From Candidatus Krumholzibacteriota bacterium (GTDB lineage Bacteria > Krumholzibacteriota > Krumholzibacteriia > JAJRXK01): a stretch of 64,000 nt of DNA. A program made the position numbers and the translations under genes. The notes beneath the pieces were generated by a model that saw nothing but the letters and a program-made list of their open reading frames with translations, was not told where the DNA came from and made no database searches. The stretch is taken from the NCBI GenBank assembly GCA_963806035.1, contig CAWDWO010000023.1, forward strand, positions 60,521 to 124,520, written 5' to 3'. Shown one piece after another: positions 1 through 10,088 of the stretch (position 1 is its first letter; every line of letters begins with the position of its first letter).

Positions 1-886
1 TGAGAGCGCGCGTGGCGGGAACCGGTCCCAAACCCATCCGTGCCGGATCGACCCCCGCGCTCTCGCTATCCAGGATTGAGGCCAGCGGCTTCTCTCGCAG
101 TCCCGGCTTCTCCAGCACGAGCATGCACGCCGCGTCGGTGAGTCCGCTGCTGGAACCCGCGGTGACACTTCCGTTCTCGTCGAAGACCGTCGGCAGCTTG
201 GCGAGCTTCTCCAAGCTGGTGTTGGGCCGGAGATGTTCGTCGTGGTCCAGCCCCGGGAGTTTTCCCTCGGCGGGAATGGCTTCGATCTCCGCATCGAAAG
301 CCCTTTCCTCCCATGCCTTGGCAGCGCGAGTCTGGGACATGAGCGCATAGCGGTCCTGCTCCTCCCGGGAGGCCTCGTATTCTCGCGCCAGAGTCTCGGC
401 GGTGAGCCCCATGACCTGTTTGGCGATGGGGCAATCGAAGCCGTCGCGGTACATCCCGTCCACGACCGGAGCGTGGCCCATGCGGTATCCCATGCGTGCA
501 TCCGTCAAGAGATAGGGCACGCGCGACATGTTCTCGCTGCCCCCCACCAGCACGCGCTTGGCCTTGCCCAGAGTGAGGGCCTGAATGCCCAGGACGATCG
601 CGGTGCTACTGCTCCCGCAGGCCATGTTCAGCGTATAGGCCACCTTGTCCTGCGGAACCCCCGCCCCGATCGCGATCTGCCGGGCTGGATTGGGACCCAG
701 GCCGGCCGGCCGCGCGTTGCCCACGATGGTCAGATCGATTTCGCTGGCCTTCAGCCCGGCCCGCTCGATGGCCGCGCGGGCCGCGAAGACCCCCAGCTCG
801 ATCGCGCTGCGGCCGGAGAGAGACCCGAGAAAGCGTCCGATCGGGGTACGAACGGCGGATGCAACGCTGGCTTGGGCTTCGAACAT
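1..886 (-). CDS. Acetyl-CoA C-acyltransferase (thiolase), 3' end outside window
   Basis: Read manually on the minus strand from ATG at 886: MFEAQASVASAVRTPIGRFLGSLS ... GPNPARQ ... AYTLNMACGSS (thiolase catalytic Cys motif) ... GGSENMS. GAGGTG Shine-Dalgarno upstream. Absent from the ORF track because it runs off the window edge. Confidence 0.9.
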   Translation of the reverse strand, partial: MFEAQASVASAVRTPIGRFLGSLSGRSAIELGVFAARAAIERAGLKASEIDLTIVGNARPAGLGPNPARQIAIGAGVPQDKVAYTLNMACGSSSTAIVLGIQALTLGKAKRVLVGGSENMSRVPYLLTDARMGYRMGHAPVVDGMYRDGFDCPIAKQVMGLTAETLAREYEASREEQDRYALMSQTRAAKAWEERAFDAEIEAIPAEGKLPGLDHDEHLRPNTSLEKLAKLPTVFDENGSVTAGSSSGLTDAACMLVLEKPGLREKPLASILDSESAGVDPARMGLGPVPATRAL

Positions 887-1014
887 CGAGACACCTCACT
901 TGGCTTCGAGACGACTCTTGAAGTCGCCGGGATGGGGACTCTCACAAAAGCACCGAAGTGCCGTGACGACAAGGAACTCCTTGGCCTGCCTCTTGCAGCC
1001 TCAGAGCTTCCGTC

Positions 1015-3747
1015 ATGACCAGAAAACGCCGCTGGCTCAAAGCGGCCGCACCACTTCTCCTCGCCCCTCTGCTGTGCGCGGGCCTTCGCCCGGCTCCGTC
1101 GGATCCATCTGCGGAAAGCACGGGGAAGGTGGTGGAATCCTACGTAGCCCTGAGGGACTTCTTGAGCTGGTCGGCACAGGCCCGTCCCGAAGAGCTCGAC
1201 CAGCGGGCCAAAAGCTTCAATCCATTGCAGATCCCCCTGCTGGCCAGCGTGGTGGACGAGGCAGAACGCGAACTGAGCGAGCCCGACCCACTCACCTACA
1301 AGGCCCTGGTCCGCTGGCAGTTCTGGCTCTCCAATCACCTCGACCCGACGAATCGGGGCGCCTGGGAAGCGCGTCCTGAGGTGCTCCCGAAGTCCATGCC
1401 GATCACGCGGGGCACCACGGCTGTCCTGCCCGCCCTCGAGATGACGGAACTCTCCGCCCTGGCCGGGATGGCCTATCGCGCGGATCACATTTTCGACGCC
1501 ATGATCTGGTGGCGGGACCGCGATCTCGTGGAGCGCCGGATTTCGCGCAACATCTACGACCCCTCCACGGGCGGGTATGCGCGCTACGACTCACTGGGGC
1601 ACCGGCAGCAACATCCCCCGGATCTGGCGGACCTCGTCCCCGTCGCTCTGAGTGCTCCCTGCGACCGGGGCGCTTCGCTCCGTCTGGCTTACCAGCTCCT
1701 CGCGGGGGGCAACATGGACGACCGCAACGACGCCAGAGCGAAAGCGTGGATGTCCCAGCGGCTGGATCCCGCTTCGGGGTGGCCCCTGCAGCCGGGACTG
1801 GACCTCTTGCGACCGGATCAAACCACCATCCTGTTGAGCCGAGCGGTAGCGCTGCTGGGCGACCCCGAGTTGAACGACCTGCTTCGGGGCACTCTCCAGG
1901 AATTGAATCTCCCCTACCGGGGCCCGGTGCGGCTCGATCTCGGCGATGAGCAGGTGTCCATCCCCACCGTCCTCGCGAAGCCGGAGCCTTTGCAGCGCAG
2001 CCGCGTCGCGATCGAGTTTCTCATCCGCTCCCACATCTTCAGCGCCGAAGAAACGGCGGCCATTCGGCTGGCCCTGCAGAACGCCAGCGATCGCCTGGAC
2101 GATGTCCCGGATTCCGTGGCAACCATGCTTCAGGGCTGGGCCGACCGCTGGCAGGTATTCGACGTCAGAGAACGCCAGGCCATGCATCCGCGAGAGTTCG
2201 AGGAGCAGGGCCTCAACGGCAGCGATGCAACGGCGGCTTTCAGCTTCCGCGAGAGAGATGCCGATAAGTGGCTATCCACCGCGCTCGAACTGCTGCAGCG
2301 CGATGCCGCCGAGCTTCTGTATCGAAGCCGTTCCGATGCTTCCTACAGCGCTCAGATTTTGCCGAGCGTGGTCACACGCGACCACCGTCCCACGCTTCAT
2401 CTCCACTTCGACCGGGTCTCCGCGGCGGAGCGGGCAATTTCCGGCGAGTGGAGCGCGGCCTGGACGGATGGTCACCTGACCCGGGCCTTCGTCCCCCTGA
2501 ACCTTCAAGCCCAGGGACGATTGAGCGCCAACGCGACGCTGCCCACTCTGCCCCAGGATCCCGGGCTGTGGTGGGTCATCCTGCGGGGACCGGAGGGCGG
2601 TCCGAAGCATGCCCCTGCCTGTTCGATCGTCGATCCCATGCGAGCCACGGTGCTCGCACTACCTCAGGGCAACAGTCACGCGCGCAGCTTCGAGGTCTCG
2701 CTCGAAAACGCCCTGACCAGCGATCTCGTCGGCCGCTACGAGATCGTAGTTCCTCCCGACTTCGAAGTAGAACCACGCGCGGCGCGGGAATTCACCTTGT
2801 CGGCCCGTTCGACCAGCACCTGGACGGTGAAAATCACCGCGCCCCAGAACAAAGCACCGGGTGACTACCCGGTGCAGTGGCGTTTCTACGACGACCACGG
2901 GCTCACCGCCAAGCTCGACGAGAGTTTCGCGGTGCATTTCGACTGGCTCACGATCGGGCCCTTCGCTCCCGGCGAGAGCTCTCCCCTCGCCACCACTGCG
3001 GGCCCCGATTTTCAGGTGCGACTCGGGCAGAGCTATTCTGGTTTGAAGGGCGAGGAACGTTGGCAGCACATCGATTCCCGCGCTCTTGCCACTGATGGTT
3101 GGGTCACGCTGGGACATGGCGTCCCGGGCGCGGTGTGGTACGGCCTCACCGCGGTTTCGACGGCCACGCGCGATGCCTTCGTGAAACTCGAATCGCGCAC
3201 CGAAGCGGTGTTGAAAGTGAATGGCAGTGAAGTCGGACGCACCCGTCTCGCTCACGATACATTCGAGACTTCGCTGCAGCTCAGCCCGGGAACCAATTAC
3301 TTCCTCGTGAAAATGGTCGCGGACGAGAATGGAGTCGCGAGGATTCGTCTCGATCTGAAGGACATCACGGGCGCGCCGCTCTTCGCGGGAGACTATCGTT
3401 TGAAGAGACTGGTCGACGGATACGCCTACTTGGGCTCGGTCCCGTCTGAAAGCCAGTCGACTCGTGAGGAACAGACCCGGGTGGAAATGCGTCTCGTGCC
3501 CATCAGCTACCGCGACCCGAACGCCTCGAGCGTCGCGGTGGTGGGCAGTTTCAACGGATGGGACCCGAAAGCCAACGTTCTACGGCGCGGAGCCGATGGG
3601 CTCTGGCGCACGGAGATCCGGCTCCGCCCCGGCAGCTTTCAATACAAGCTGGTCGTGGATGGAACGCGTTGGATCGCCGATCCGGCCAATTCCAGCCGCG
3701 TTTCCGACGGCTTCGGCGCGCTCAACTCGGTGCTCGTGGTTCGCTGA
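1015..3747 (+). CDS. Secreted multidomain protein: degenerate (alpha/alpha)6 glycoside-hydrolase-like N-terminus, Ig-like/NEW3-type middle, C-terminal CBM48/AMPK-beta-like glycogen-binding domain
   Basis: 910-aa ORF with signal-peptide-like N-terminus. C-terminus ASSVAVVGSFNGWDP...W...L.PG..QYKLVVDG.RWIADP.N...VSDGFG.LNS is a typical CBM48 pattern. Confidence 0.65.
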   Translation: MTRKRRWLKAAAPLLLAPLLCAGLRPAPSDPSAESTGKVVESYVALRDFLSWSAQARPEELDQRAKSFNPLQIPLLASVVDEAERELSEPDPLTYKALVRWQFWLSNHLDPTNRGAWEARPEVLPKSMPITRGTTAVLPALEMTELSALAGMAYRADHIFDAMIWWRDRDLVERRISRNIYDPSTGGYARYDSLGHRQQHPPDLADLVPVALSAPCDRGASLRLAYQLLAGGNMDDRNDARAKAWMSQRLDPASGWPLQPGLDLLRPDQTTILLSRAVALLGDPELNDLLRGTLQELNLPYRGPVRLDLGDEQVSIPTVLAKPEPLQRSRVAIEFLIRSHIFSAEETAAIRLALQNASDRLDDVPDSVATMLQGWADRWQVFDVRERQAMHPREFEEQGLNGSDATAAFSFRERDADKWLSTALELLQRDAAELLYRSRSDASYSAQILPSVVTRDHRPTLHLHFDRVSAAERAISGEWSAAWTDGHLTRAFVPLNLQAQGRLSANATLPTLPQDPGLWWVILRGPEGGPKHAPACSIVDPMRATVLALPQGNSHARSFEVSLENALTSDLVGRYEIVVPPDFEVEPRAAREFTLSARSTSTWTVKITAPQNKAPGDYPVQWRFYDDHGLTAKLDESFAVHFDWLTIGPFAPGESSPLATTAGPDFQVRLGQSYSGLKGEERWQHIDSRALATDGWVTLGHGVPGAVWYGLTAVSTATRDAFVKLESRTEAVLKVNGSEVGRTRLAHDTFETSLQLSPGTNYFLVKMVADENGVARIRLDLKDITGAPLFAGDYRLKRLVDGYAYLGSVPSESQSTREEQTRVEMRLVPISYRDPNASSVAVVGSFNGWDPKANVLRRGADGLWRTEIRLRPGSFQYKLVVDGTRWIADPANSSRVSDGFGALNSVLVVR

Positions 3748-3878
3748 GCCGTTTTCTTTGCAGCACTGGCTATCCTCCTCTGCTAATCTAAGTTCTCTTG
3801 GACCTTTGGAACGACTCCTGGGCCGCCGGCACCGTGTGTCGCGCGCGCCACCATCCCCTCTGAACCAGCTTCGGTACT

Positions 3879-5435
3879 ATGGGCGAGAACATTCAGAAGA
3901 AGATCAAAGAGCTGGCTGAGAAGCACCAAGAGGCCCTTCTCGGCGGCGGGCAAGCCCGGATCGACAAGATCCATGCGTCCGGTCGACTCACGGCCCGCGA
4001 GCGCATTCACCTCCTACTCGACGAGGGAAGCTTCCAGGAAACCGGCGTTTTCGTGACTCATCGTTGCAACGATTTGGGCATGGAGCGCACCCGCCCGCTG
4101 GGGGACGGCATCGTCACCGGGGCGGGCAAGGTCGACGGGCGCCTGGTCTATCTCTTCGCCCAGGATTTTACCGTCTTCGGGGGGAGCATGAGCATGGCCA
4201 ATGCGGAGAAGATCTGCCGCATCATGGATGAAGCTCTCCAGAACGGCGCGCCCCTCATCGGCCTCAACGACAGCGGCGGCGCGCGCATTCAAGAGGGCGT
4301 CGAGAGTCTCGCCGGCTACGCGGAGATCTTCTGGCGCAACACACAGGCCAGCGGAGTTGTCCCCCAGATCAGTGCGATCATGGGTCCCTGCGCGGGTGGC
4401 GCGGTGTACAGCCCCGCCATCACCGATTTCACGATCATGGTGGAAAAGACCAGCCACATGTTCGTCACCGGACCCAACGTCATCAAGATGGTCACCAACG
4501 AAGATGTGACTTTCGAAGAGCTTGGTGGGGCGGACACGCACAACATGAAAAGCGGCGTCGCCCACATGAAGGCGCAGAGCGATCAAGAGTGTCTTTTGAT
4601 GGTGAAGAAACTCCTGAGCTACCTGCCGCAAAACAATCTGGAAGACCCGCCGGTCACTACCTGCACCGATCCCATCGATCGCCGCGAAAGCCGGCTGAAC
4701 GAGATCATTCCCGACAGCCCCAAGCAACCCTACGACATCAAGGAAGTCATTCGGCTCGTGGTGGACGATGGTGAGTTCCTGGAGATTCAGCCGGCCTACG
4801 CCCAGAACATCGTGTGCGGTTTCGCGCGCCTGGGCGGAGCCAGCGTGGGCATCGTGGGCAACCAGCCCAAGTCTTTGGCCGGAGTACTCGACATCGACGC
4901 CAGTCTAAAAGCCGCTCGTTTCGTTCGCAGCTGTGATTGCTTCAACATTCCCCTGGTCACTTTCGAAGACGTTCCCGGCTTCCTGCCGGGCACGCGTCAA
5001 GAGTTCGGCGGACTCATCAAGCACGGTGCGAAGCTGCTCTTCGCCTATTGCGAGGCGACCGTTCCCAAGCTTACCGTCATCACGCGCAAGGCCTACGGAG
5101 GCGCCTACGACGTGATGAGTTCCAAGCACATCAGGGGCGATTGGAACGTAGCCTGGCCCAGCGCCGAGCTGGCCGTGATGGGCCCTGAAGGCGCGGTCAA
5201 CATCATCTACCGCAAGGAGATCGAGAAGGCCGACGATCCCGACGCCGTGCGCAAACAGAGAGTCGACGAGTACGAAGCGAGGCTCGCAAACCCGTACGTG
5301 GCCGCGAGTCTGGGGTATCTGGATGACGTCATCGAGCCGCGCGACACGCGTCCTCTGCTCATCGCCGCCCTTCGCAGACTCCGCAACAAGAAACAGGAAA
5401 CTCCGCGCAAGAAGCACGGGAACATTCCTCTCTAG
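3879..5435 (+). CDS. pccB: Acyl-CoA (propionyl-/methylmalonyl-CoA) carboxylase carboxyltransferase subunit
   Basis: [43 protein letters not shown] and C-terminal KKHGNIPL motifs. Confidence 0.95.
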   Translation: MGENIQKKIKELAEKHQEALLGGGQARIDKIHASGRLTARERIHLLLDEGSFQETGVFVTHRCNDLGMERTRPLGDGIVTGAGKVDGRLVYLFAQDFTVFGGSMSMANAEKICRIMDEALQNGAPLIGLNDSGGARIQEGVESLAGYAEIFWRNTQASGVVPQISAIMGPCAGGAVYSPAITDFTIMVEKTSHMFVTGPNVIKMVTNEDVTFEELGGADTHNMKSGVAHMKAQSDQECLLMVKKLLSYLPQNNLEDPPVTTCTDPIDRRESRLNEIIPDSPKQPYDIKEVIRLVVDDGEFLEIQPAYAQNIVCGFARLGGASVGIVGNQPKSLAGVLDIDASLKAARFVRSCDCFNIPLVTFEDVPGFLPGTRQEFGGLIKHGAKLLFAYCEATVPKLTVITRKAYGGAYDVMSSKHIRGDWNVAWPSAELAVMGPEGAVNIIYRKEIEKADDPDAVRKQRVDEYEARLANPYVAASLGYLDDVIEPRDTRPLLIAALRRLRNKKQETPRKKHGNIPL

Positions 5436-5460
5436 GATCCCACCTTTTCAGGAGTTCATC

Positions 5461-6984
5461 TTGGCCACCGCGTCGCTGAAAAAAGTACTGATCGCCAATC
5501 GCGGCGAAATCTCGGTGCGCATCCAACAGACCCTGCGCGAGATGGGAATCATCGCCTGCGCGGTCTATAGCGATCCCGACCGGACCGCGCTACACACGCT
5601 CCAAGCCGATGAAGCCTATCCCCTGGGCGCCGGGCCATCGAGCGAGAGCTATTTGAGCATCGAGAAGATCATCGACGCGGCGCGGCAGGCGAAAGCCGAT
5701 GCCATCCATCCCGGTTACGGCTTCTTGAGCGAGAACGCCGAGTTCGCGCGCGCGGTGGAAGACGCGGGGCTGGTCTTCATCGGGCCCACCCCGGAGAGCA
5801 TGCAGAGCATGGGCAACAAACTCTCCGCGCGGGCCCTCATGGAAAAGGCCGGGGTGCCGGTGGTTCCCGGCAATTCGAGCGCCCTGGACGATCTTCCCTC
5901 GGCGCTGAAAGCGGCGGAGGCGATCGGCTACCCGGTGCTGCTGAAGGCGGCGGCGGGAGGCGGCGGCAAGGGGATGCGGGTGGTGAATTCGGAGAAGGAA
6001 ATGGCGAGTTTCCTCGAGCGCACCAAGGGCGAAGCCAAGGGTGCCTTCGGCGACGCCTCGGTCTTCCTGGAAAAGTTCATCGAACGACCGCGCCATCTCG
6101 AAGTTCAGGTCCTGGGTGACGGCAAGGGAAAGGTGCTCCACCTCTTCGAACGCGAATGCAGCGTTCAGCGCCGCCACCAGAAGGTGATCGAGGAATCCCC
6201 CTCTCCCTCCATCTCCGAAGAGACCAGGCAGAGTCTCTGCAAGGCCGCAGTCAAGGCAGCCGCGGCGGTGAACTACCGCGGCGCGGGAACGGTGGAGTTC
6301 ATCGCGGACGAGAACGACAAGTTCTACTTCCTGGAAATGAACACCCGGCTCCAGGTGGAGCATCCGGTGACCGAGGAGGTCGTGGGCGTCGACCTCGTGG
6401 CGGCCCAGGTCAGGGTGGCGCAGGGTGAAGGACTCCGTTGGAAGCAGAAGGACCTGCATCAGCGCGGTCACGCGATCGAATTTCGAGTCTACGCCGAGAA
6501 TCCCTGGCTGAACTTCGCGCCCAGTCCGGGGACGGTGCACCGCCTGCGAATGCCGGTGGGGGCAGGAGTGCGAAACGATCGCGGATTGCGGGAGGGATAC
6601 GAGGTTCCGGTGTACTACGATCCCATGCTGGCCAAGCTGATCGTGGCCGCGGAGAACCGCGCCGCCGCGATCGCGCGCGGCCGGCGGGCGCTCGCGGACT
6701 ACCGCATCCTGGGCTTGATTCACAACATTCCGCTGCACCGCTGGGTACTCGAACAGCCCGAGTTCATCGACGGACACTACAGCACTCGCTTTCTCGAGCA
6801 GCGTTTCGATCCCGCTGAGCTCAAGAGCAATCTGACGCAGGACGAAAAAGAGGCCCTCGCCGCCGCACTGGCCTTGGTGGAAGCGGGCCTGGGGAACGCG
6901 AACGGGGGCCACGGCGATCGGCCCGCTCCGTTGTCGACCTGGGGGCAATACGGCCGACTCGCCATGACGCGAAAGCTGGACTAG
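5461..6984 (+). CDS. Biotin carboxylase subunit (AccC/PccA N-terminal half)
   Basis: KKVLIANRGEI, IHPGYGFLSEN, GGGGKGMR, ERECSVQRRHQK, EMNTRLQVEHPVTE, YYDPMLAK. Likely TTG start at 5461 behind AGGAG. Confidence 0.93.
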   Translation: MATASLKKVLIANRGEISVRIQQTLREMGIIACAVYSDPDRTALHTLQADEAYPLGAGPSSESYLSIEKIIDAARQAKADAIHPGYGFLSENAEFARAVEDAGLVFIGPTPESMQSMGNKLSARALMEKAGVPVVPGNSSALDDLPSALKAAEAIGYPVLLKAAAGGGGKGMRVVNSEKEMASFLERTKGEAKGAFGDASVFLEKFIERPRHLEVQVLGDGKGKVLHLFERECSVQRRHQKVIEESPSPSISEETRQSLCKAAVKAAAAVNYRGAGTVEFIADENDKFYFLEMNTRLQVEHPVTEEVVGVDLVAAQVRVAQGEGLRWKQKDLHQRGHAIEFRVYAENPWLNFAPSPGTVHRLRMPVGAGVRNDRGLREGYEVPVYYDPMLAKLIVAAENRAAAIARGRRALADYRILGLIHNIPLHRWVLEQPEFIDGHYSTRFLEQRFDPAELKSNLTQDEKEALAAALALVEAGLGNANGGHGDRPAPLSTWGQYGRLAMTRKLD

Positions 6985-6992
6985 GGGACACG

Positions 6993-7529
6993 ATGGAACT
7001 GCGCAAGACCTACGTGACGCGGCTCTTTGGGGAGGACCTGAAAGCAGTCGTGGTGCGGGATGGCTCCGGCAAGATCTGGGTGGAAACTCCCACCGGAGCG
7101 CGCATCACCGATGCGCTGGTTCTGGATGGCGGCCGTACCGTCAGCATTCGTCAGAACGGTCGCATGTATCTGATCGACCTCACGCCGCCCGGAAGCTCCT
7201 GGCACGCGGCACTGCTGGGAGGACGCGGGGGCAAAGTGCAAGTTCTCGATGAATTGGCCGCGGCAGCCGCGGAACAGGAGAGCGCGGGATCCTCGGGCGC
7301 CGAGGTTCTCGCGGAGATGCCGGGGCTCGTGGTCGAGTACAAATGCGCGGTGGGGGACGAAGTGGAACCGGGGCAGGCCCTGGTCATCCTGGAAGCCATG
7401 AAGATGCAGAACGAACTCCCTTCGCCTGGCGCCGGTATCGTCGAGGAGATCATGGTCAAGGCCGGCAGCACCGTCGCCGCGGGCACCGTGCTGCTCCGCG
7501 TACAACCGAAGTCCCTGGAGACGCAGTGA
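6993..7529 (+). CDS. Biotin carboxyl carrier protein (PccA C-terminal half)
   Basis: MPG...EAMKMQN biotinylation motif; directly follows the biotin carboxylase gene. Confidence 0.92.
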   Translation: MELRKTYVTRLFGEDLKAVVVRDGSGKIWVETPTGARITDALVLDGGRTVSIRQNGRMYLIDLTPPGSSWHAALLGGRGGKVQVLDELAAAAAEQESAGSSGAEVLAEMPGLVVEYKCAVGDEVEPGQALVILEAMKMQNELPSPGAGIVEEIMVKAGSTVAAGTVLLRVQPKSLETQ

Positions 7530-7999
7530 GCCTCTTCGAGAATCCCGAAGAACTACGCCGGGCCATCCTGAATCTGCCCCCCGAGCTGCGTCCGCTCTGC
7601 GACGGACTGGACCATCTGGGCGTGGCTGTCGCCGAGCTCGAGCAAATCCTGCCCCTGTATCGCGATCTTCTGGAGCTCCCTTTTCTGGGCACCGAGACGA
7701 TCGAGAGTGATGGAGTCCGGGTCGCCATTTTTGATCTGAAGGGTCCCCACCTGGAGCTTCTCGAACCCACTTCGCAAGAGAGCCCGGTCGCGAAATTTCT
7801 GAAAAAGCGCGGCCCCGGCTTGCACCACGTGGCCTTGAGAGTGAAGAATTGCGCGGACGCGGTGAGAGTGCTGCGCGAGGCGGGAATCACGATGATCGAC
7901 GAAACGCCGCGCGGCGGAGCTTCCAACAAGCTCATCGCCTTCTGTCATCCTCGCTCGACCGGTGGCGTCCTGCTGGAACTCTGTGAACGGTCTACATGA
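7526..7999 (+). CDS. mce: Methylmalonyl-CoA epimerase
   Basis: DHLGVAV, LELLEP, FLKKRGPGLHHVAL, HPRSTGGVLLEL (VOC fold). GTG start overlaps the BCCP stop (GTGA). Confidence 0.92.
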   Translation: MSLFENPEELRRAILNLPPELRPLCDGLDHLGVAVAELEQILPLYRDLLELPFLGTETIESDGVRVAIFDLKGPHLELLEPTSQESPVAKFLKKRGPGLHHVALRVKNCADAVRVLREAGITMIDETPRGGASNKLIAFCHPRSTGGVLLELCERST

Positions 8000-9839
8000 G
8001 ACCCAGAGCGGCCAGCGTCCCGAACATGACTCCCAAGAGACTCTCACCGGCGATGATGCCGCTGGCCACGGGAACCGTGTAGGCTTCCGCGCGCGCGGGG
8101 GCGACTTTGCGCGCCGCGATTGCCAAGAGAGCGCCGAGCACGAAGGCGGTGGACTGACTGAAGGGGATCACCATTCCCAGGCCCAGACCGAAGGCGCTGG
8201 GCGTCCACTTGCTATCTGGCCAGATCTGAGAGATCACCGAGAGAATCAGACCCAGGCTGAGACCCACTAGCAGACCCAGACGCGCGGCGGGAGCGAGCGC
8301 GGAGAGTCCGCTGGACATCAGTTCGGCGATGGCCCGCCACGCGGCGGCGGCCGGAGCAGGAAGTTGCGCCGTCCCGAGGAGGTTGACGTCGGGCACCAGT
8401 ACGTAAAACGCGGGCACCACCACCAGCGCCCCTGCCAAAGTCCCCAAGAGTTGCGCCTGGAACTGCTTGCGCGGATTGCCTCCCAACAAACGGCCGCACT
8501 TGAGATTCGTGGCGAGGTCGGCGGCACAAGCGGCTGAACTCACACTCATTCCGGTCGCCATCAGGTTGGTGCTCAAGCGACGCGGGGCGATCCCGCCGAA
8601 GCTGAGCTGCGCCAATTTTCCCAGCTGCCCCACCGGAATGAGATCGGTCTCCCCCACCGCGCGCGTCGCCACCACTACGAAGAGGAGGCTCAAGATGAGG
8701 GCGACCAAGAGCGAGAGAGGAGAAATGGCGAAGGCCAGGATGCCGGTCACGGCCAGCCCGATCACACAGAAGCCGAGTCCCACCAGGAACCACCAGTCGG
8801 GCATTTCGATCTCGGCCACCGGATCATCCGCGCTGGATCCGGAGCGGCCGCGCAGAATGGCCCAGAGACCCGAGAACGCCCTTCCCATGGTGTGTCGCTG
8901 GAAGAAGAGGTCCGCCAGAGAAGCTCCCACCATGAGCGAGGCGCCGAGCCATAGTGCAAAACCATTCTGGACGGTGCGATAGGAAAGCTCCCCCACCACG
9001 TAGAGGTTCGAGACCAGCCAGGGCGCCAACACCAGATAGACGATGCTCGAGCCGGCGAGCATCCAGAGCGAGATTCGAATTCCGATGAGGGCGCCGCCAG
9101 CCAGAGAGACTCCGGCCAGGTCCAATCCCACCGTCAGCGGCGCGAGAGAAACGCCCGAGATCGAACCGGGAACGAAGAGGGAATCGGGAATTCTCGGAAA
9201 ACGCCACCAGCCGAATGCATTGTTGGTTCCCAGCCACGATCCCAGAGCCCCCAGGCCCATGCCCGCGAAGAGCCCTCTCGCCTGTCGCAAGGGCTGCGTT
9301 CCCTTGGCGTGCAGGCCGCGCAGGGTCTCCGCCGCGGCCACGCCGCTGGGAAACACCAGGCTCTCGTCGTTGACCAGCTGACGCTTGAAGGGGATGAAGA
9401 GCATCAGCCCCAGGGCAGCAGAAAAGAAGATCCACAGAATGAGCCAACCCGCGCGAATGCTCACTCCGGTGACCATGAGGTAGGCCGGGATGGCCGAGAC
9501 CAGGAGCGCGACGATAGTGTAGCCCGCCGCGGAGGCCGTCGACTGCATGCAGTTGTCTTCGAGAATTCCGGGGGAGCGCAAGCCGGGTTTGGCCAACTTG
9601 AAGATGCGCCAAAAGGAGAAGGAGAGAATGCAGGCCGTGATCGCGATACTGAACGACCACCCCGTCTTGAGACCCGCGTAGAGATTGCTCAGGGCGAGCA
9701 TGCAACCCAAAAGGACCCCGGTCAGAGTCGAGCGCAGGGTGAGCTGGGGGCTACCGTCGGCGACGTAGACTTCGTCGCGCCAGCGCCGGTCCCTTTCCTC
9801 CGCGCTGAGAGGGGAATGCTGCCGTCCTGTGGGATTCAT
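7992..9839 (-). CDS. OPT-family oligopeptide/metal-chelate transporter
   Basis: QLTLRS...NLYAGLKTG, E.NCMQSTASAAG, FPSGVAAAETL, NPRKQ, PAPAAAAW, ASGIIAGESLLG; many TM helices. Confidence 0.92.
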   Translation of the reverse strand: MNPTGRQHSPLSAEERDRRWRDEVYVADGSPQLTLRSTLTGVLLGCMLALSNLYAGLKTGWSFSIAITACILSFSFWRIFKLAKPGLRSPGILEDNCMQSTASAAGYTIVALLVSAIPAYLMVTGVSIRAGWLILWIFFSAALGLMLFIPFKRQLVNDESLVFPSGVAAAETLRGLHAKGTQPLRQARGLFAGMGLGALGSWLGTNNAFGWWRFPRIPDSLFVPGSISGVSLAPLTVGLDLAGVSLAGGALIGIRISLWMLAGSSIVYLVLAPWLVSNLYVVGELSYRTVQNGFALWLGASLMVGASLADLFFQRHTMGRAFSGLWAILRGRSGSSADDPVAEIEMPDWWFLVGLGFCVIGLAVTGILAFAISPLSLLVALILSLLFVVVATRAVGETDLIPVGQLGKLAQLSFGGIAPRRLSTNLMATGMSVSSAACAADLATNLKCGRLLGGNPRKQFQAQLLGTLAGALVVVPAFYVLVPDVNLLGTAQLPAPAAAAWRAIAELMSSGLSALAPAARLGLLVGLSLGLILSVISQIWPDSKWTPSAFGLGLGMVIPFSQSTAFVLGALLAIAARKVAPARAEAYTVPVASGIIAGESLLGVMFGTLAALGLM

Positions 9840-10088
9840 CTAGGCCTCGTCCTCGGATTCATCCGCCTCCTCGACATTCTGCAGCTCGGCCACGACCTGC
9901 TCGATTTCCAGGCGCGTGTTGCTCAGACGATCGCGGCAGAACTGGATCAGCTCACTGGCCCGTTTCACCTTGGCCGTGAGCTCGTCCACATCCACCGCTT
10001 CCTCCTCGAGTTGCGCGAGGATCGTCTCCAGTTCCTTCATGGCCTCGGCATAGCGTGGCGCCTTGGTCTGAGCCTTCTTCGCACTCAT
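9840..10088 (-). CDS. xseB: Exodeoxyribonuclease VII small subunit
   Basis: YAEAMKELETILAQLE...VDEL...KRA.ELI..C..RL; ATGA overlap with xseA. Confidence 0.9.
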   Translation of the reverse strand: MSAKKAQTKAPRYAEAMKELETILAQLEEEAVDVDELTAKVKRASELIQFCRDRLSNTRLEIEQVVAELQNVEEADESEDEA

